Positions 41,724-53,835 of a stretch of 64,000 nt of DNA are shown piece after piece. Location: positions 18,908-82,907 of the forward strand of contig DATNIE010000026.1 of the NCBI GenBank assembly GCA_035604595.1, written 5' to 3'. A program made the translations under genes and the position numbers. Origin of the DNA: Steroidobacteraceae bacterium (GTDB lineage: Bacteria > Pseudomonadota > Gammaproteobacteria > Steroidobacterales > Steroidobacteraceae). How positions within the stretch are numbered: position 1 is the first letter of the stretch; the number at the start of each line of letters is the position of its first letter. The notes below the pieces were generated by a model that saw only the letters and a program-made list of their open reading frames with translations, ran no database searches and was not told the origin of the DNA.

Positions 41724-42019
41724 CGGTCTAACGCGAGAGCTATGACAGCGGGGTTACCAGTCATGAACACCACGCGGGCCGTGCAGGGTGGGGGAACGCA
41801 ATCGATTGCCATTGGCGGCGACGCCCCGGCCAGCGAGGCAGTCGTGACGGGTGGGTTGCGCGGGCAGCCGGCCCGGCCCCACGCCCGGGCGACGAGGCGG
41901 TCCCGGGTGAGGTGGAACGGGGAGTATTTCCCGGGCGAGGGGCTGGTTCGCCGATGGCTCAGGCCGTCGGCCCGGGGGGCCAGTCAGTGCCGGGTTGGGG
42001 TGTGCGTGGAGCAACGGCC

Positions 42020-42973
42020 TTGAATATCATCGTTTTCAGCCGCGACCAAGGTCGTGCGCGGCAGTTCGACCTGCGCTCGCCGGTGTTCCTCGGGGCATCC
42101 GTCGGACTGCTGTTGCTGCTGCTCGGCGGAGTGTTTGCCGCCGGGTCCTGGGTCGGCGCGCGGTGGACCGAGAGCCAGCCGGCCCGCCAGTTTGCGCACT
42201 GGTCTGCCGAGCTCGGCAAGCAGCGCGAGCAGATCGAGGCGGCCCGCGCAGTCGTGCACCAGAACATCGATGCCCTCGCGATGCGGGTCGGCCAGATGAA
42301 TGCCCACGTGATCCGACTCGACGCCCTTGGCAAGCGGCTCACGGCGATGGCCAATCTCAATAAGGGCGAGTTCGACTTCGACAGGACTCCGCCTGTCGGG
42401 GGGGTCGACGAGACCGCGGGGTCCGGTCTGCCGGCGAGCGCCCCGGTGCTGACGGACATGCTCGACCGGCTCTCCGACCAGGTCGCCGATCGCGAACGCC
42501 AACTGGGCGCGCTCGAGAATGTGATCCTGACGCGTGAGCTGCGGCGCGACGTCTATCCGCAGGGCCGTCCCGTGCTCGCCGGGTTCATCTCCTCGTTCTT
42601 CGGCCAGCGCTTGGATCCCTTCACCGGCTATACCGCCTTCCACGCCGGGGTCGACTTCGCCGGCGAGGCCGGGGCCGAGGTCGTGTCGGTTGCGACCGGC
42701 ATCGTGACTTGGTCCGGGGAGCGCTACGGCTATGGAAACCTCGTCGAGGTCAACCATGGCAACGGCTACGTGACCCGTTACGCCCATAACTCGGTGCTGC
42801 TCGTGAAAGCCGGTGACACGGTCCAGAAGGGTCAGGTTCTGTCGCTGATGGGAAGCACCGGCCACTCGACCGGGCCGCACCTGCATTTCGAGGTGCTGAG
42901 AAACGGTAACCCGGTCGACCCGATGGCCTTTATTAACGAGAATGCGGCTCCGCTTCTCAAGGGTGGCCGTTGA
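42020..42973 (+). CDS. M23 family metallopeptidase (LytM-type), membrane anchored
   Basis: HAGVDFAG and GHSTGPHLHFEV zinc ligand motifs, N-terminal TM, coiled-coil. TTG at 42020 is preceded by GGAG at 9 nt; the ORF opens at 41912. Confidence 0.85.
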   Translation: MNIIVFSRDQGRARQFDLRSPVFLGASVGLLLLLLGGVFAAGSWVGARWTESQPARQFAHWSAELGKQREQIEAARAVVHQNIDALAMRVGQMNAHVIRLDALGKRLTAMANLNKGEFDFDRTPPVGGVDETAGSGLPASAPVLTDMLDRLSDQVADRERQLGALENVILTRELRRDVYPQGRPVLAGFISSFFGQRLDPFTGYTAFHAGVDFAGEAGAEVVSVATGIVTWSGERYGYGNLVEVNHGNGYVTRYAHNSVLLVKAGDTVQKGQVLSLMGSTGHSTGPHLHFEVLRNGNPVDPMAFINENAAPLLKGGR

Positions 42974-43148
42974 ACGGCTGGTCTGCGGCCCCCATCTGAG
43001 GGGCCGGGTCGCGCGTTCCACCCGTTCCCGACCGCGGTCGGGGCCCGCCGGCCACCGGCGGGTAATGGCGACCACTCCTTAGTACAATGCGCGACTTTTC
43101 CGCGTCAGGACGGGCCGTGAGACGCCCGGCCCCGAAGGACCTCGACCC

Positions 43149-45908
<2,760 letters not shown>

Positions 45909-45919
45909 GCGCTCGGGCG

Positions 45920-46804
45920 GTGAGCGAATGCGCGGAGCGGGCGGCGCCGCTGCTGCGCGTGGTGGCGGGCGCGCTGGTCGACGACCGTGGGCGCGTGCTG
46001 ATCACCGAACGGCCCGCTGGCAAAGCATTCGCCGGTCGCTGGGAGTTTCCGGGCGGGAAACTTGCGAGCGGCGAAACGCCGCGCGCGGCGCTCGGGCGCG
46101 AACTCGCCGAGGAGCTCGGCATCGAGGTCGGCCGGGCTGAGCCGCTGCTCGCCGTCACGCACCGCTACCCGGCGGCTGCGGTCGCGGTGCAGATCGACTG
46201 CTGGCGTGTCGACTCATGGCGCGGCGAGCCGGCCGCCCTGGACAGCCAGCGTCTCAGATGGTGCACGCGCGAGGAACTCGCCGCGGCGGATATCCTCGAA
46301 GCCGACCGGCCGATCGTCACGGCGCTGCTGCTGCCACGCGTGTTCGTGCACCTCGAGGCGTCCGAGCCGCTCCTCGAGCAGGCAGCGACCGTGCCCGCAG
46401 GGCGGGAGCGCACCGCCTGGCTGGTGCACGTCCTGCCCGCCGACTCCGGCGTCACGCGGCGCCTCGCCGAGCGCGGGGATCAGGTGTTCCTCATCGATCC
46501 GCATGCGCCGCCGGCAGGCGGCGCCGGATGCCTGTACACCACGGCGCATCACTTCGCGCCCGCACCGAGCCGCCAGGCGCCCGCCGGACGGGTCGTGCAC
46601 GGGGCCTCGGAGGCGCGCGCGGCGCAGGCGGCGGGGGCGGACTTCCTGGTCGTGCCGGATGGTCATCTGCCGCGCGCGGAGCTGCGCGGGATCGCCGCAG
46701 CGGGGCTCCCCTGGTACCTCGAGGCCGCTTCGCCCGCCGACGAGGCGGAACCGGCGCCGACCGGCCGGCTGCAGTGGCGGGCAGCCGCTGGCGCGCGCCT
46801 CTGA
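45920..46804 (+). CDS. mutT: Nudix hydrolase MutT (8-oxo-dGTP diphosphatase) fused to a C-terminal TenI/ThiE-like domain
   Basis: Nudix box GRWEFPGGKLASGETPRAALGRELAEELGI, position after secA, and ~165 extra C-terminal residues. The GTG start at 45920 is inferred. Confidence 0.8.
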   Translation: MSECAERAAPLLRVVAGALVDDRGRVLITERPAGKAFAGRWEFPGGKLASGETPRAALGRELAEELGIEVGRAEPLLAVTHRYPAAAVAVQIDCWRVDSWRGEPAALDSQRLRWCTREELAAADILEADRPIVTALLLPRVFVHLEASEPLLEQAATVPAGRERTAWLVHVLPADSGVTRRLAERGDQVFLIDPHAPPAGGAGCLYTTAHHFAPAPSRQAPAGRVVHGASEARAAQAAGADFLVVPDGHLPRAELRGIAAAGLPWYLEAASPADEAEPAPTGRLQWRAAAGARL

Positions 46805-46824
46805 TCCGGAGCTGCTGTGCGAGG

Positions 46825-49038
46825 CTACTCGAGCGTCGCGAGCTTCAGGTCCGCGCGCTCGCTCGCCACCGCGGCGATGATCAGCCCACCTTGGGGCGCC
46901 GCCGCCATGCCCGAACCAGGCAGCAGCCCTGCAAGCGCGCGGACCCGGGTCACGCGGTCGTCGGCGATCGAGTAGCGGGCGAGCTCGGCAGGCCCGCCGT
47001 CCGCGCGCGCGACGAACCAGACGGCGTCGGCCGTCACCTCCCAGTTGCACCAGTCGGCAGGCGAAAGATCTGCGGTGACCAGCGTCTCATCGCCACCGGG
47101 CTCGCGATTGCGCCGCCACAGCCCGCGGCGGTCGGGCCGGACGTAGTAGAGCGCATCGCCGTCGCGCGACTCGAGTGCCGCGAACCCGCCCTCAGTCGTC
47201 AGCGCCTCGGCCGTGCCGGCCTCTGGCCAGCTGCGCCGCCACACCTGCCACACCCCCGAGCGTGCCGTCGCGTAGTAGAGCCAGCGCCCGTCGCGCGAGA
47301 AGCTCGGTGCACGGCTCGCACCATCGTCGCTCAGGCGCTCGATGCGGCCGTCGGCGACCGTCACGGTCCACAGGTCGAATCGCCCGGCGCGGGCGCCGGC
47401 GAAGGCGATCACGCGCCCGTCGGGCGACCAGCGCGGGCTCTCCAGATAATCGAGATCGGCATGGGTGAGCATCCGCGGCTCGCCGTCCGTCAATGCGGCG
47501 ATCCACAGCTGGTCGCGGCCGCTCCGGTTCGACACGAACACGAGTTCGCGGCCGTCGGCCGACACCTGCGGCTGGCGCTTGAGCGCGACGCCACCCGGCC
47601 GCACGTCCGCCACCGCGGCGGTGGCCTCGCTCGGAACGCGCACGAGCCGCGTCGTCAGCTGCCACTCCTCGAAGGCGAGTGAGCGACCGTCGTTCGAGAT
47701 CGCCGGTGCGCGCACCTCGTTCGGTGTGGCAAGCAGCAGCTCCGGCGGCCGGCCGTCGAGTCGCGAGCGCCACAGCGCCATCCTGCCGCCGCGCGGCGAG
47801 GCGAATACCACCGAATAGCTGCCGCCGTCCCAGGCGGCGCCGGCCAGCGGCCAGCCGTCGCGCGTGATCTTCTCGACCGCAATCCCGCCGAGCTCGAGCA
47901 GCGACAAATCCGCGACTCCGACCGCATGCGAGCGCACAAAAGCGAGACGCCGGCCGCTCGGCGACAGCACCGGCTGCGTATCGCCCGGCATGCCGACCAC
48001 CGGGTTCGTGACGCCCGACAGGCGCAAGCTATCCATGTTCTGCGACACGAGCTGCCGCGACAGCAGCGCGTCCGCGCGGTGCGAGTAGATCAGCGCGGCG
48101 CCATCCCGCGTCCAGGTCACGGGCCCCGCGGCGCCGAAATCGCAGTCGCCGACGCGACGCTCGCCACTTCCGTCGGGGACGATCACGTACACCGCGCATC
48201 CCACCGGCGTGATCCGCTCGAAGGCGATGCGGGTGCCGCTCGGCGACCAGGCCGGGTACTCATCGCTGCCCTCGCCCTTGGTCAGCGGCCGCCAGCTGCC
48301 TCCCGCCACGGGCCGCACGACGAGGTGTGCGCTGTTCCCGTCAGCGCCGCGCCAGCTGTAGACGACCTGCCGGCCATCCGGCGAGAAGCTCGGGTTGCGC
48401 TTGTCGCCCGGTTCGGTCGCGAACGGTGCGACGTGCACGACCGTGCCGTAGCTGACGACGTGGCCGCGGTCGATGAGTGCGACGAAGCCGGCGGCGAGCC
48501 CCAGAACGATGAGCGAGGCGAGGCCGATCGCCAGCCAGTGGCGCTTGGCCCGGCGCGCCCAGGCTTCGATGGCGCCGGGCTCATCGCGCAGCTGTTGGAA
48601 GTCCGCGGCCTTCGGGCCCCTTCCGGGCACCGGATCGCCGATCTCGAGGACGTAGGCATCGCCAGGCGCGTTGATCAGGCGCACCGCGCCATCCTCGGAG
48701 AACGCGCGCCGCAGGAATCCGAGGCTGCGCTTGAGCTTGGGCTGCTGCTCCTCGATCCCGCCGGGGCCGAATACCCGCGCGGCGAGCTGATCGCGGTTGA
48801 CGCCGCCCGGTGGTCGCTCGGCGAGGATCAGCAGAACGAGCAGCGTCGGCATGTCGAGCGCGACGATGCGATCGGCGCGCGTCATGCGGCCGAGCGCGGG
48901 TCGCACGCGCCAGGTGCCGAGATCGAAGTCGGGGACGACGTGCGGATCGGGCGGCGGAGCCACCGGGCCGACCGGTTTGCGGACGGGCCGGCCGAACGCC
49001 TTGCGCCGGCCGAGTTCCAGATAGCCAGGTCGTTTCAT
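46825..49038 (-). CDS. membrane-anchored one-component regulator: OmpR/CadC-type winged-helix DNA-binding domain + TM + periplasmic TolB-like (PD40) beta-propeller
   Basis: wHTH block FDLGTWRVRP...LLVLLILAERPPGGVNRDQLAARVFG...LKRSLGFLRRAF. TM WLAIGLASLIVLGLAAGFVALI. Seven SPDG-type blades: SFSPDGRQVVYS, AWSPSGTRIAFE, VLSPSGRRLAFV, AISNDGRSLAFE, QVSADGRELVFV, RWSPDGRVIAFA, SFSRDGRWLYYA. Confidence 0.7.
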   Translation of the reverse strand: MKRPGYLELGRRKAFGRPVRKPVGPVAPPPDPHVVPDFDLGTWRVRPALGRMTRADRIVALDMPTLLVLLILAERPPGGVNRDQLAARVFGPGGIEEQQPKLKRSLGFLRRAFSEDGAVRLINAPGDAYVLEIGDPVPGRGPKAADFQQLRDEPGAIEAWARRAKRHWLAIGLASLIVLGLAAGFVALIDRGHVVSYGTVVHVAPFATEPGDKRNPSFSPDGRQVVYSWRGADGNSAHLVVRPVAGGSWRPLTKGEGSDEYPAWSPSGTRIAFERITPVGCAVYVIVPDGSGERRVGDCDFGAAGPVTWTRDGAALIYSHRADALLSRQLVSQNMDSLRLSGVTNPVVGMPGDTQPVLSPSGRRLAFVRSHAVGVADLSLLELGGIAVEKITRDGWPLAGAAWDGGSYSVVFASPRGGRMALWRSRLDGRPPELLLATPNEVRAPAISNDGRSLAFEEWQLTTRLVRVPSEATAAVADVRPGGVALKRQPQVSADGRELVFVSNRSGRDQLWIAALTDGEPRMLTHADLDYLESPRWSPDGRVIAFAGARAGRFDLWTVTVADGRIERLSDDGASRAPSFSRDGRWLYYATARSGVWQVWRRSWPEAGTAEALTTEGGFAALESRDGDALYYVRPDRRGLWRRNREPGGDETLVTADLSPADWCNWEVTADAVWFVARADGGPAELARYSIADDRVTRVRALAGLLPGSGMAAAPQGGLIIAAVASERADLKLATLE

Positions 49039-49310
49039 TGCGGCCGCGCTGGGAGTTGGGTGCGCCGGGCCGCGCGCCTGCGGCAGACGGTCCGCGTCGT
49101 GGGGCGGGCGACTAGCCAAGCAGCGGGCCCCGGCAGGGGCGCGCTGCGCGGGCCCGCCGCCGGGAGCTCCGGGTCAGGCATGGCGCATCGGTTCCAGCGG
49201 TTTGCCAAAGTCTAGCAGACCATCCGGCGCGGCTGAGGTTCCATCGCCGGCGCCGGGACGGCGCCGCCATCCGGGGCGATCGCGCACCGCGCGGGCCGCC
49301 GCCGCCGGTC

Positions 49311-49919
49311 TCAGGCCCGGGCGCTCGGTCGGGAGTTGATCGCTCCGTACCAGCGTCTCAGGTTCGGCTGCGCGTCCGCGATCCTGAGGTTCGAGGGCTT
49401 GCCGAAGTCGACGCTGGTGAATGCGACGACGTCGGCCATGCTGAAGGTATCGCGCGCGATGAACTCGCGCCCTTCGAGGGCGCGGTCGAGCGCCGCGTAG
49501 GCCTCGAGCACGGCCGCGCGCTGGATCTCGGCCCACTCCGGGACCTGCTTGAGGCGCGTCGCCCAGAACGGATGGGTGTGGCGGAACACGTGCGTCGTCG
49601 GCACATACAGGCGGAACATCAGGCGGTCGATCCAGCCGTTGATCGCGGCCCGCTCGCGCGGCGTGCGGCCGAACAGGTCGGGTTGCGGGTGCTCCTCCTC
49701 GAGCCAGCGGCAGATCGCGATGGACTCGGTGAGATGCGTGCCATCCGCGAGCGCGAGTGCCGGCAGTTCGCCGAGCGGATTCACGGCGAGGTACTCGCGG
49801 CTGCGGTGCTCGCCGGCGGCGATGTCGACCTCGACGAGCTCGATCGCCAGGCCCTTCTCGGCGGCGTACATCCGCACCCGGCGCGGGCTCGGCGCGAACT
49901 TGCTGGAATACAGCTTCAC
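49311..49919 (-). CDS. glutathione S-transferase family protein
   Basis: 202 aa, with an N-terminal thioredoxin-like GST fold ([23 protein letters not shown]...NPLGELPAL) and a helical C-domain. The GTG start overlaps the yacG stop (GTGA). Confidence 0.75.
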   Translation of the reverse strand: MKLYSSKFAPSPRRVRMYAAEKGLAIELVEVDIAAGEHRSREYLAVNPLGELPALALADGTHLTESIAICRWLEEEHPQPDLFGRTPRERAAINGWIDRLMFRLYVPTTHVFRHTHPFWATRLKQVPEWAEIQRAAVLEAYAALDRALEGREFIARDTFSMADVVAFTSVDFGKPSNLRIADAQPNLRRWYGAINSRPSARA

Positions 49920-50110
49920 GACCCCTCGTCCGGCGGCGGCCCATCGGGGTCCGCGACTGCCTCCTCGCCCGGAATCGCATGGCGCTCGCTGAGCCAGGCG
50001 CCGAGATCCAGCAGCCGGCAGCGCTCGCTGCAGAACGGCCGCCACGGATTGGCCGGCACGGCGGGAATCTGGCGCCCGCACTGCGGGCATCTGGATCGCG
50101 AGACGGTCAC
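49916..50110 (-). CDS. yacG: DNA gyrase inhibitor YacG (zinc finger)
   Basis: CPQCG...PFCSERC four-Cys zinc motif followed by DLGAW. 64 aa, adjacent to zapD-coaE as in E. coli. Confidence 0.85.
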   Translation of the reverse strand: MTVSRSRCPQCGRQIPAVPANPWRPFCSERCRLLDLGAWLSERHAIPGEEAVADPDGPPPDEGS

Positions 50111-50123
50111 GGCCGCGGCAGGC

Positions 50124-50930
50124 TCAGCTGCAGCAGGTCAGCACGAACGACACGTCACCCGGCGCCTGCACCGGACGTTTGTCGGCGTCGACCCAGCTGA
50201 GGAAGCGGATGCTGCAGCGGTGGTGGCTGCCGCTGATCTCCGGATACAGATCGCCCTCGCCCGGCAGCGTGATCCGCAGCAGTTGGATCGGCGCGTCGCG
50301 CTCGAACACGATCTGATAGGTGCCCCCGACGGCGACCTCGCGCCGCGGCCGGGCGTTCTCGCGCGTCACCCACAGCAGGTCCGCCACGCTCTCGCACAGT
50401 GGCCGCAGCGTCCCGAGCCAGCTGTTGAAGTTGGCCTGGCGCGTCTCGGTCGGCAGGTTGAGCCAGTGAAAGTAGTCCGGCAGGTCGAACTCGCAGGTGC
50501 CGCCGGGGATAGTGCTGCGGTGCTTGATCGCCGCGAGGAACTCGCTGTCCCTTAAGCGCGCGAGTGCCGAGCTGCTGGTCGCCTGCAACTCGTCGCGCCG
50601 CTGCGTGAGGCGCGCGAGCACGGCGCGCAGCCGGGCGGTGTCGACCCCAGGCCGGCTCTGGAAGTCGCGCAGCACTGCCATCTGGCGCTCCAAATCCTTG
50701 AGCACATCGCCGCGCGCGTCGCCGCGCGCGGTGATCGCGAGGATCTCGAGCAGGCTCGCCACCGCCGCCCGGCTGCTCCAGGCCGCCGGCGTGTCGTTGT
50801 GATAGAGCGCCTGCTGGTAGAGGAACTCGAGGCGGAGAAACGTGCGCATCCGCTCGTTCAGCGGCTGCTCGAAGACCACGGTACGGCGCGCCGCGAGGGT
50901 GTCGGGCTCGGCAGGGGCCATCGGCTGCAT
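50124..50930 (-). CDS. zapD: cell division protein ZapD
   Basis: [23 protein letters not shown] matches the conserved ZapD (YacF) N-terminus. The start at 50930 or 50921 is uncertain. Confidence 0.85.
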   Translation of the reverse strand: MQPMAPAEPDTLAARRTVVFEQPLNERMRTFLRLEFLYQQALYHNDTPAAWSSRAAVASLLEILAITARGDARGDVLKDLERQMAVLRDFQSRPGVDTARLRAVLARLTQRRDELQATSSSALARLRDSEFLAAIKHRSTIPGGTCEFDLPDYFHWLNLPTETRQANFNSWLGTLRPLCESVADLLWVTRENARPRREVAVGGTYQIVFERDAPIQLLRITLPGEGDLYPEISGSHHRCSIRFLSWVDADKRPVQAPGDVSFVLTCCS

Positions 50931-51000
50931 GCCGCTATTCTGCGCGTCGCGAGATAAGGCCGTAAACAGCTCCGTTCGTCCGGGGCCGCGGCCCGCCGGC

Positions 51001-51621
51001 TCAGCAGCCCCGGACACGGCGGTCGCCGGAGAGCGACAGATAGCGCTGATGCAGCGTATCGACCGAGCGGTCGAGGTCCTCGAGCGAGCCGGTGTTGTCG
51101 ATCCGGTCGTCCGCGATCGCGAGCCGCGCATCGCGCGGGGCCTGAGCGGTCAGCATCGCCGCGGCCCGCTCGGCCGTCTCGCCGTCGCGCGCCATCAGCC
51201 GGGCCTTCTGCAGCTCCGCGGGGCAGTCGACCACGAGCACGCGGTCGACCGAGGCCCGCTGCCCCGTCTCGGCGAGCAGCGGGATTGCGATCACCGCATA
51301 CGGGGCGGTTACCGCCGCGGCCTCGGCCTCGATCGCACGGCGTATCGGCGGGTGCAGGATGGCCTCGAGTCGACGTCGGCGCTCGGGATCGGCGAACACG
51401 ATGTCCCGCAGCCGTCGCCGGTCGAGCCCACCGTCCGGAAGAACGAGTCCCGGCCCGAACTCCGCAAGCACCGCCGCGAGCGCCGCCGTCCCCGGTGCCA
51501 CGACGTCGCGGGCGATCCGGTCAGCGTCGATGACCGGCACGCCACGGCGTGCGAAAGCGCTCGCGACGGCCGTCTTGCCGCTCGCGATGCCGCCGGTGAG
51601 CCCGATGCGCAATGCGGCCAT
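51001..51621 (-). CDS. coaE: dephospho-CoA kinase
   Basis: P-loop IGLTGGIASGKT; size and position downstream of pilD fit. Confidence 0.9.
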   Translation of the reverse strand: MAALRIGLTGGIASGKTAVASAFARRGVPVIDADRIARDVVAPGTAALAAVLAEFGPGLVLPDGGLDRRRLRDIVFADPERRRRLEAILHPPIRRAIEAEAAAVTAPYAVIAIPLLAETGQRASVDRVLVVDCPAELQKARLMARDGETAERAAAMLTAQAPRDARLAIADDRIDNTGSLEDLDRSVDTLHQRYLSLSGDRRVRGC

Positions 51622-51628
51622 GGGCGGC

Positions 51629-52546
51629 TCAGCGGCCGAGCGACCACCACGGTGCGACGAGGGTCGGCGCCCACATCATCACGAGCCAGCCCGCCGCCGC
51701 GAGATACGGGCCGAACGGAATCGGCACGTCGCGGCCATGACGCCGCAGCACGATCAGCAGCACGCCGATCACCGCACCGGTCGCGGCCGAGAACAGGATC
51801 ACCGGCAGCAGCATCTGCCAGCCGAGCCACGCGCCGAGCGCGGCGAGCAGCTTGAAGTCCCCGTAGCCCATACCCTCCTTGCCGGTCGCAAGCCGGAACA
51901 GCTGATAGACGCTCCACAGGCTCAGATAGCCAACCACGGCGCCGAGGACCGCGCTCCTCAGGTCGACCGGAATGGTCGCGGCCCCGCGCCCGAGGCACGC
52001 CGCGGCGACGAGGCCGGTCCACAACAGCGTCAGCGTGAGACTGTCGGGCAGCAGCTGCGTGTCGATGTCGATGCCGGTCATCGCGATCAGGTACCAGCTG
52101 ACGAGCAGTGCGCAGGCGGCCTCCCAGCCCCAGCCGAAGCGCCAGGCGACGGCCGCCGACACGAGCCCGGTCGCCAGCTCGACGATCGGATAGCGGGCGG
52201 AGATGGGCGCGCCGCAGGCGGCGCAGCGGCCGCCGAGCGCGAGCCAGCTGACAACGGGGATGTTGTGGATCGCCTTGATCGGCGTGCCGCAGGCGGGACA
52301 CGCCGAGCGCGGCGTCACGAGGTTGTAGGTGGGCTGAGCGGGCGGGGCCCGACTGCCCTCGCCGCCCGCCGCGACGGCAGGGTCACGGGCGGCGAGCTCG
52401 GCGCACTGCGCCCGCCAGTCGAGCTCCAGGATCCGCGGCAGGCGATAGATGACGACGTTGAGAAAGCTGCCGATCACGAGCCCGAACAGCCCGGCCACGA
52501 CCGCAAACAGCAGCGGCTCGGTACTCAGGGCCGCGGTGAGCTCCAT
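51629..52546 (-). CDS. pilD: prepilin peptidase / N-methyltransferase (A24 family)
   Basis: Cys-rich N-domain (CPACGTPI...CAACGAPI) and polytopic membrane domain with catalytic Asp regions (GYGDFKLLAALG). Confidence 0.9.
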   Translation of the reverse strand: MELTAALSTEPLLFAVVAGLFGLVIGSFLNVVIYRLPRILELDWRAQCAELAARDPAVAAGGEGSRAPPAQPTYNLVTPRSACPACGTPIKAIHNIPVVSWLALGGRCAACGAPISARYPIVELATGLVSAAVAWRFGWGWEAACALLVSWYLIAMTGIDIDTQLLPDSLTLTLLWTGLVAAACLGRGAATIPVDLRSAVLGAVVGYLSLWSVYQLFRLATGKEGMGYGDFKLLAALGAWLGWQMLLPVILFSAATGAVIGVLLIVLRRHGRDVPIPFGPYLAAAGWLVMMWAPTLVAPWWSLGR

Positions 52547-52579
52547 CGCGTGGCGCGCGGCGGCCCGGCCGGCGCTGCG

Positions 52580-53800
52580 TCAGATGACCGAGCCGAGCTT
52601 GAAGATCGGCAGGTACATCGCAACCACGAGCCCGCCCACCAGCACGCCGAGGATCACCATGATCAGCGGCTCGAGCAGGCTCGACATGGCGTCAACCGCA
52701 GAGTCGACCTCGAGTTCGTAGAACTCGGCCACCTTGGCGGACATCTGGTCGAGCGAACCGGACTCCTCGCCGACGGCGATCATCTGGTTGACCATGTTGG
52801 GAAACAGGCCCGTGTTCTCCATCGCGCGCTGCAGGCGCTGGCCCGTCGCGACCTCGTCCTTCATGCGCATCACGGCGTTCTCGTAGACGATGTTGCCGGT
52901 GGCGCCCGCGACCGAGCCGAGAGCCTCGACGAGCGGCACGCCGGCCGCGAAGGTCGTCGACAGCGTCCGCGAGTAGCGCGCGATCGCCGCCTTCACCAGG
53001 ATCGGTCCGACGACCGGCATCTTCAGCATGATGCGGTCGACCCACTCGCGCATCGCGCGCGAGCGCTTGTGGAAATAGAACAAGGCGTAGATGCCGCCGC
53101 CTGCGACTATACCCAGCATCCACCCCTTGGATTGCACGAACCGCGACAGGTTGACGACCATCTGTGTGAAGGCCGGAAGATCTGCGCCGAAGCCTTTGAA
53201 CAGGGTCTCGAACTGCGGGATCACGAACACCAGCAGGATGATCGTGACGATCACCGCGACCGCGAGCACGGCAGCGGGGTAGAACAGCGCCTTCTTGATC
53301 TTTTTCTTGACGGCCTCGGTCTTTTCCTTGTAGGTCGCTATCTTGTCGAGCAGATTCTCGAGTGCGCCGGCCTGCTCGCCCGCCTCGACCAGATTGACCG
53401 CCAGGTCGTCGAAGTACAGCGGGTGTTTGGCGAGCGTCTCGTGCAGCGAGGAGCCGCCCTCGATCTGCGACTTGATGTCGAGGATCAGCTTCTGCATCGA
53501 CGGCTTCTCGTGGCCGGTACCGACGATCTCGAAGGCCTGGACCATCGGAATGCCCGCCGACAGCATGGTCGCGAGCTGACGGAAGAAGATCGCGATGTCG
53601 CCGGGAGTCGGCTTCTTGCCCGACCTGAAGGCGTTGCTCTGCTTCCTGACCTTGGTCGCGACGACGCCCTGGCGGCGCAGTTCAGCGCGCAGCGCCTGCT
53701 CGTTCGCGGCGAGGCTCTTGCCGGTAACCCGGTTGCCCTTGCGATCCTTTCCCTCCCAGCGGAAGGGGATGTCTTTGGCTATGGTCGCGCTCTGTGCCAT
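52580..53800 (-). CDS. pilC: type IV pilus assembly platform protein PilC (GspF family)
   Basis: Duplicated GspF-type domains and three TM segments, positioned between pilB and pilD. Confidence 0.9.
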   Translation of the reverse strand: MAQSATIAKDIPFRWEGKDRKGNRVTGKSLAANEQALRAELRRQGVVATKVRKQSNAFRSGKKPTPGDIAIFFRQLATMLSAGIPMVQAFEIVGTGHEKPSMQKLILDIKSQIEGGSSLHETLAKHPLYFDDLAVNLVEAGEQAGALENLLDKIATYKEKTEAVKKKIKKALFYPAAVLAVAVIVTIILLVFVIPQFETLFKGFGADLPAFTQMVVNLSRFVQSKGWMLGIVAGGGIYALFYFHKRSRAMREWVDRIMLKMPVVGPILVKAAIARYSRTLSTTFAAGVPLVEALGSVAGATGNIVYENAVMRMKDEVATGQRLQRAMENTGLFPNMVNQMIAVGEESGSLDQMSAKVAEFYELEVDSAVDAMSSLLEPLIMVILGVLVGGLVVAMYLPIFKLGSVI

Positions 53801-53835
53801 CTCGCTAGGCTCCCTGGATCGTCAGCGGCATTCGC

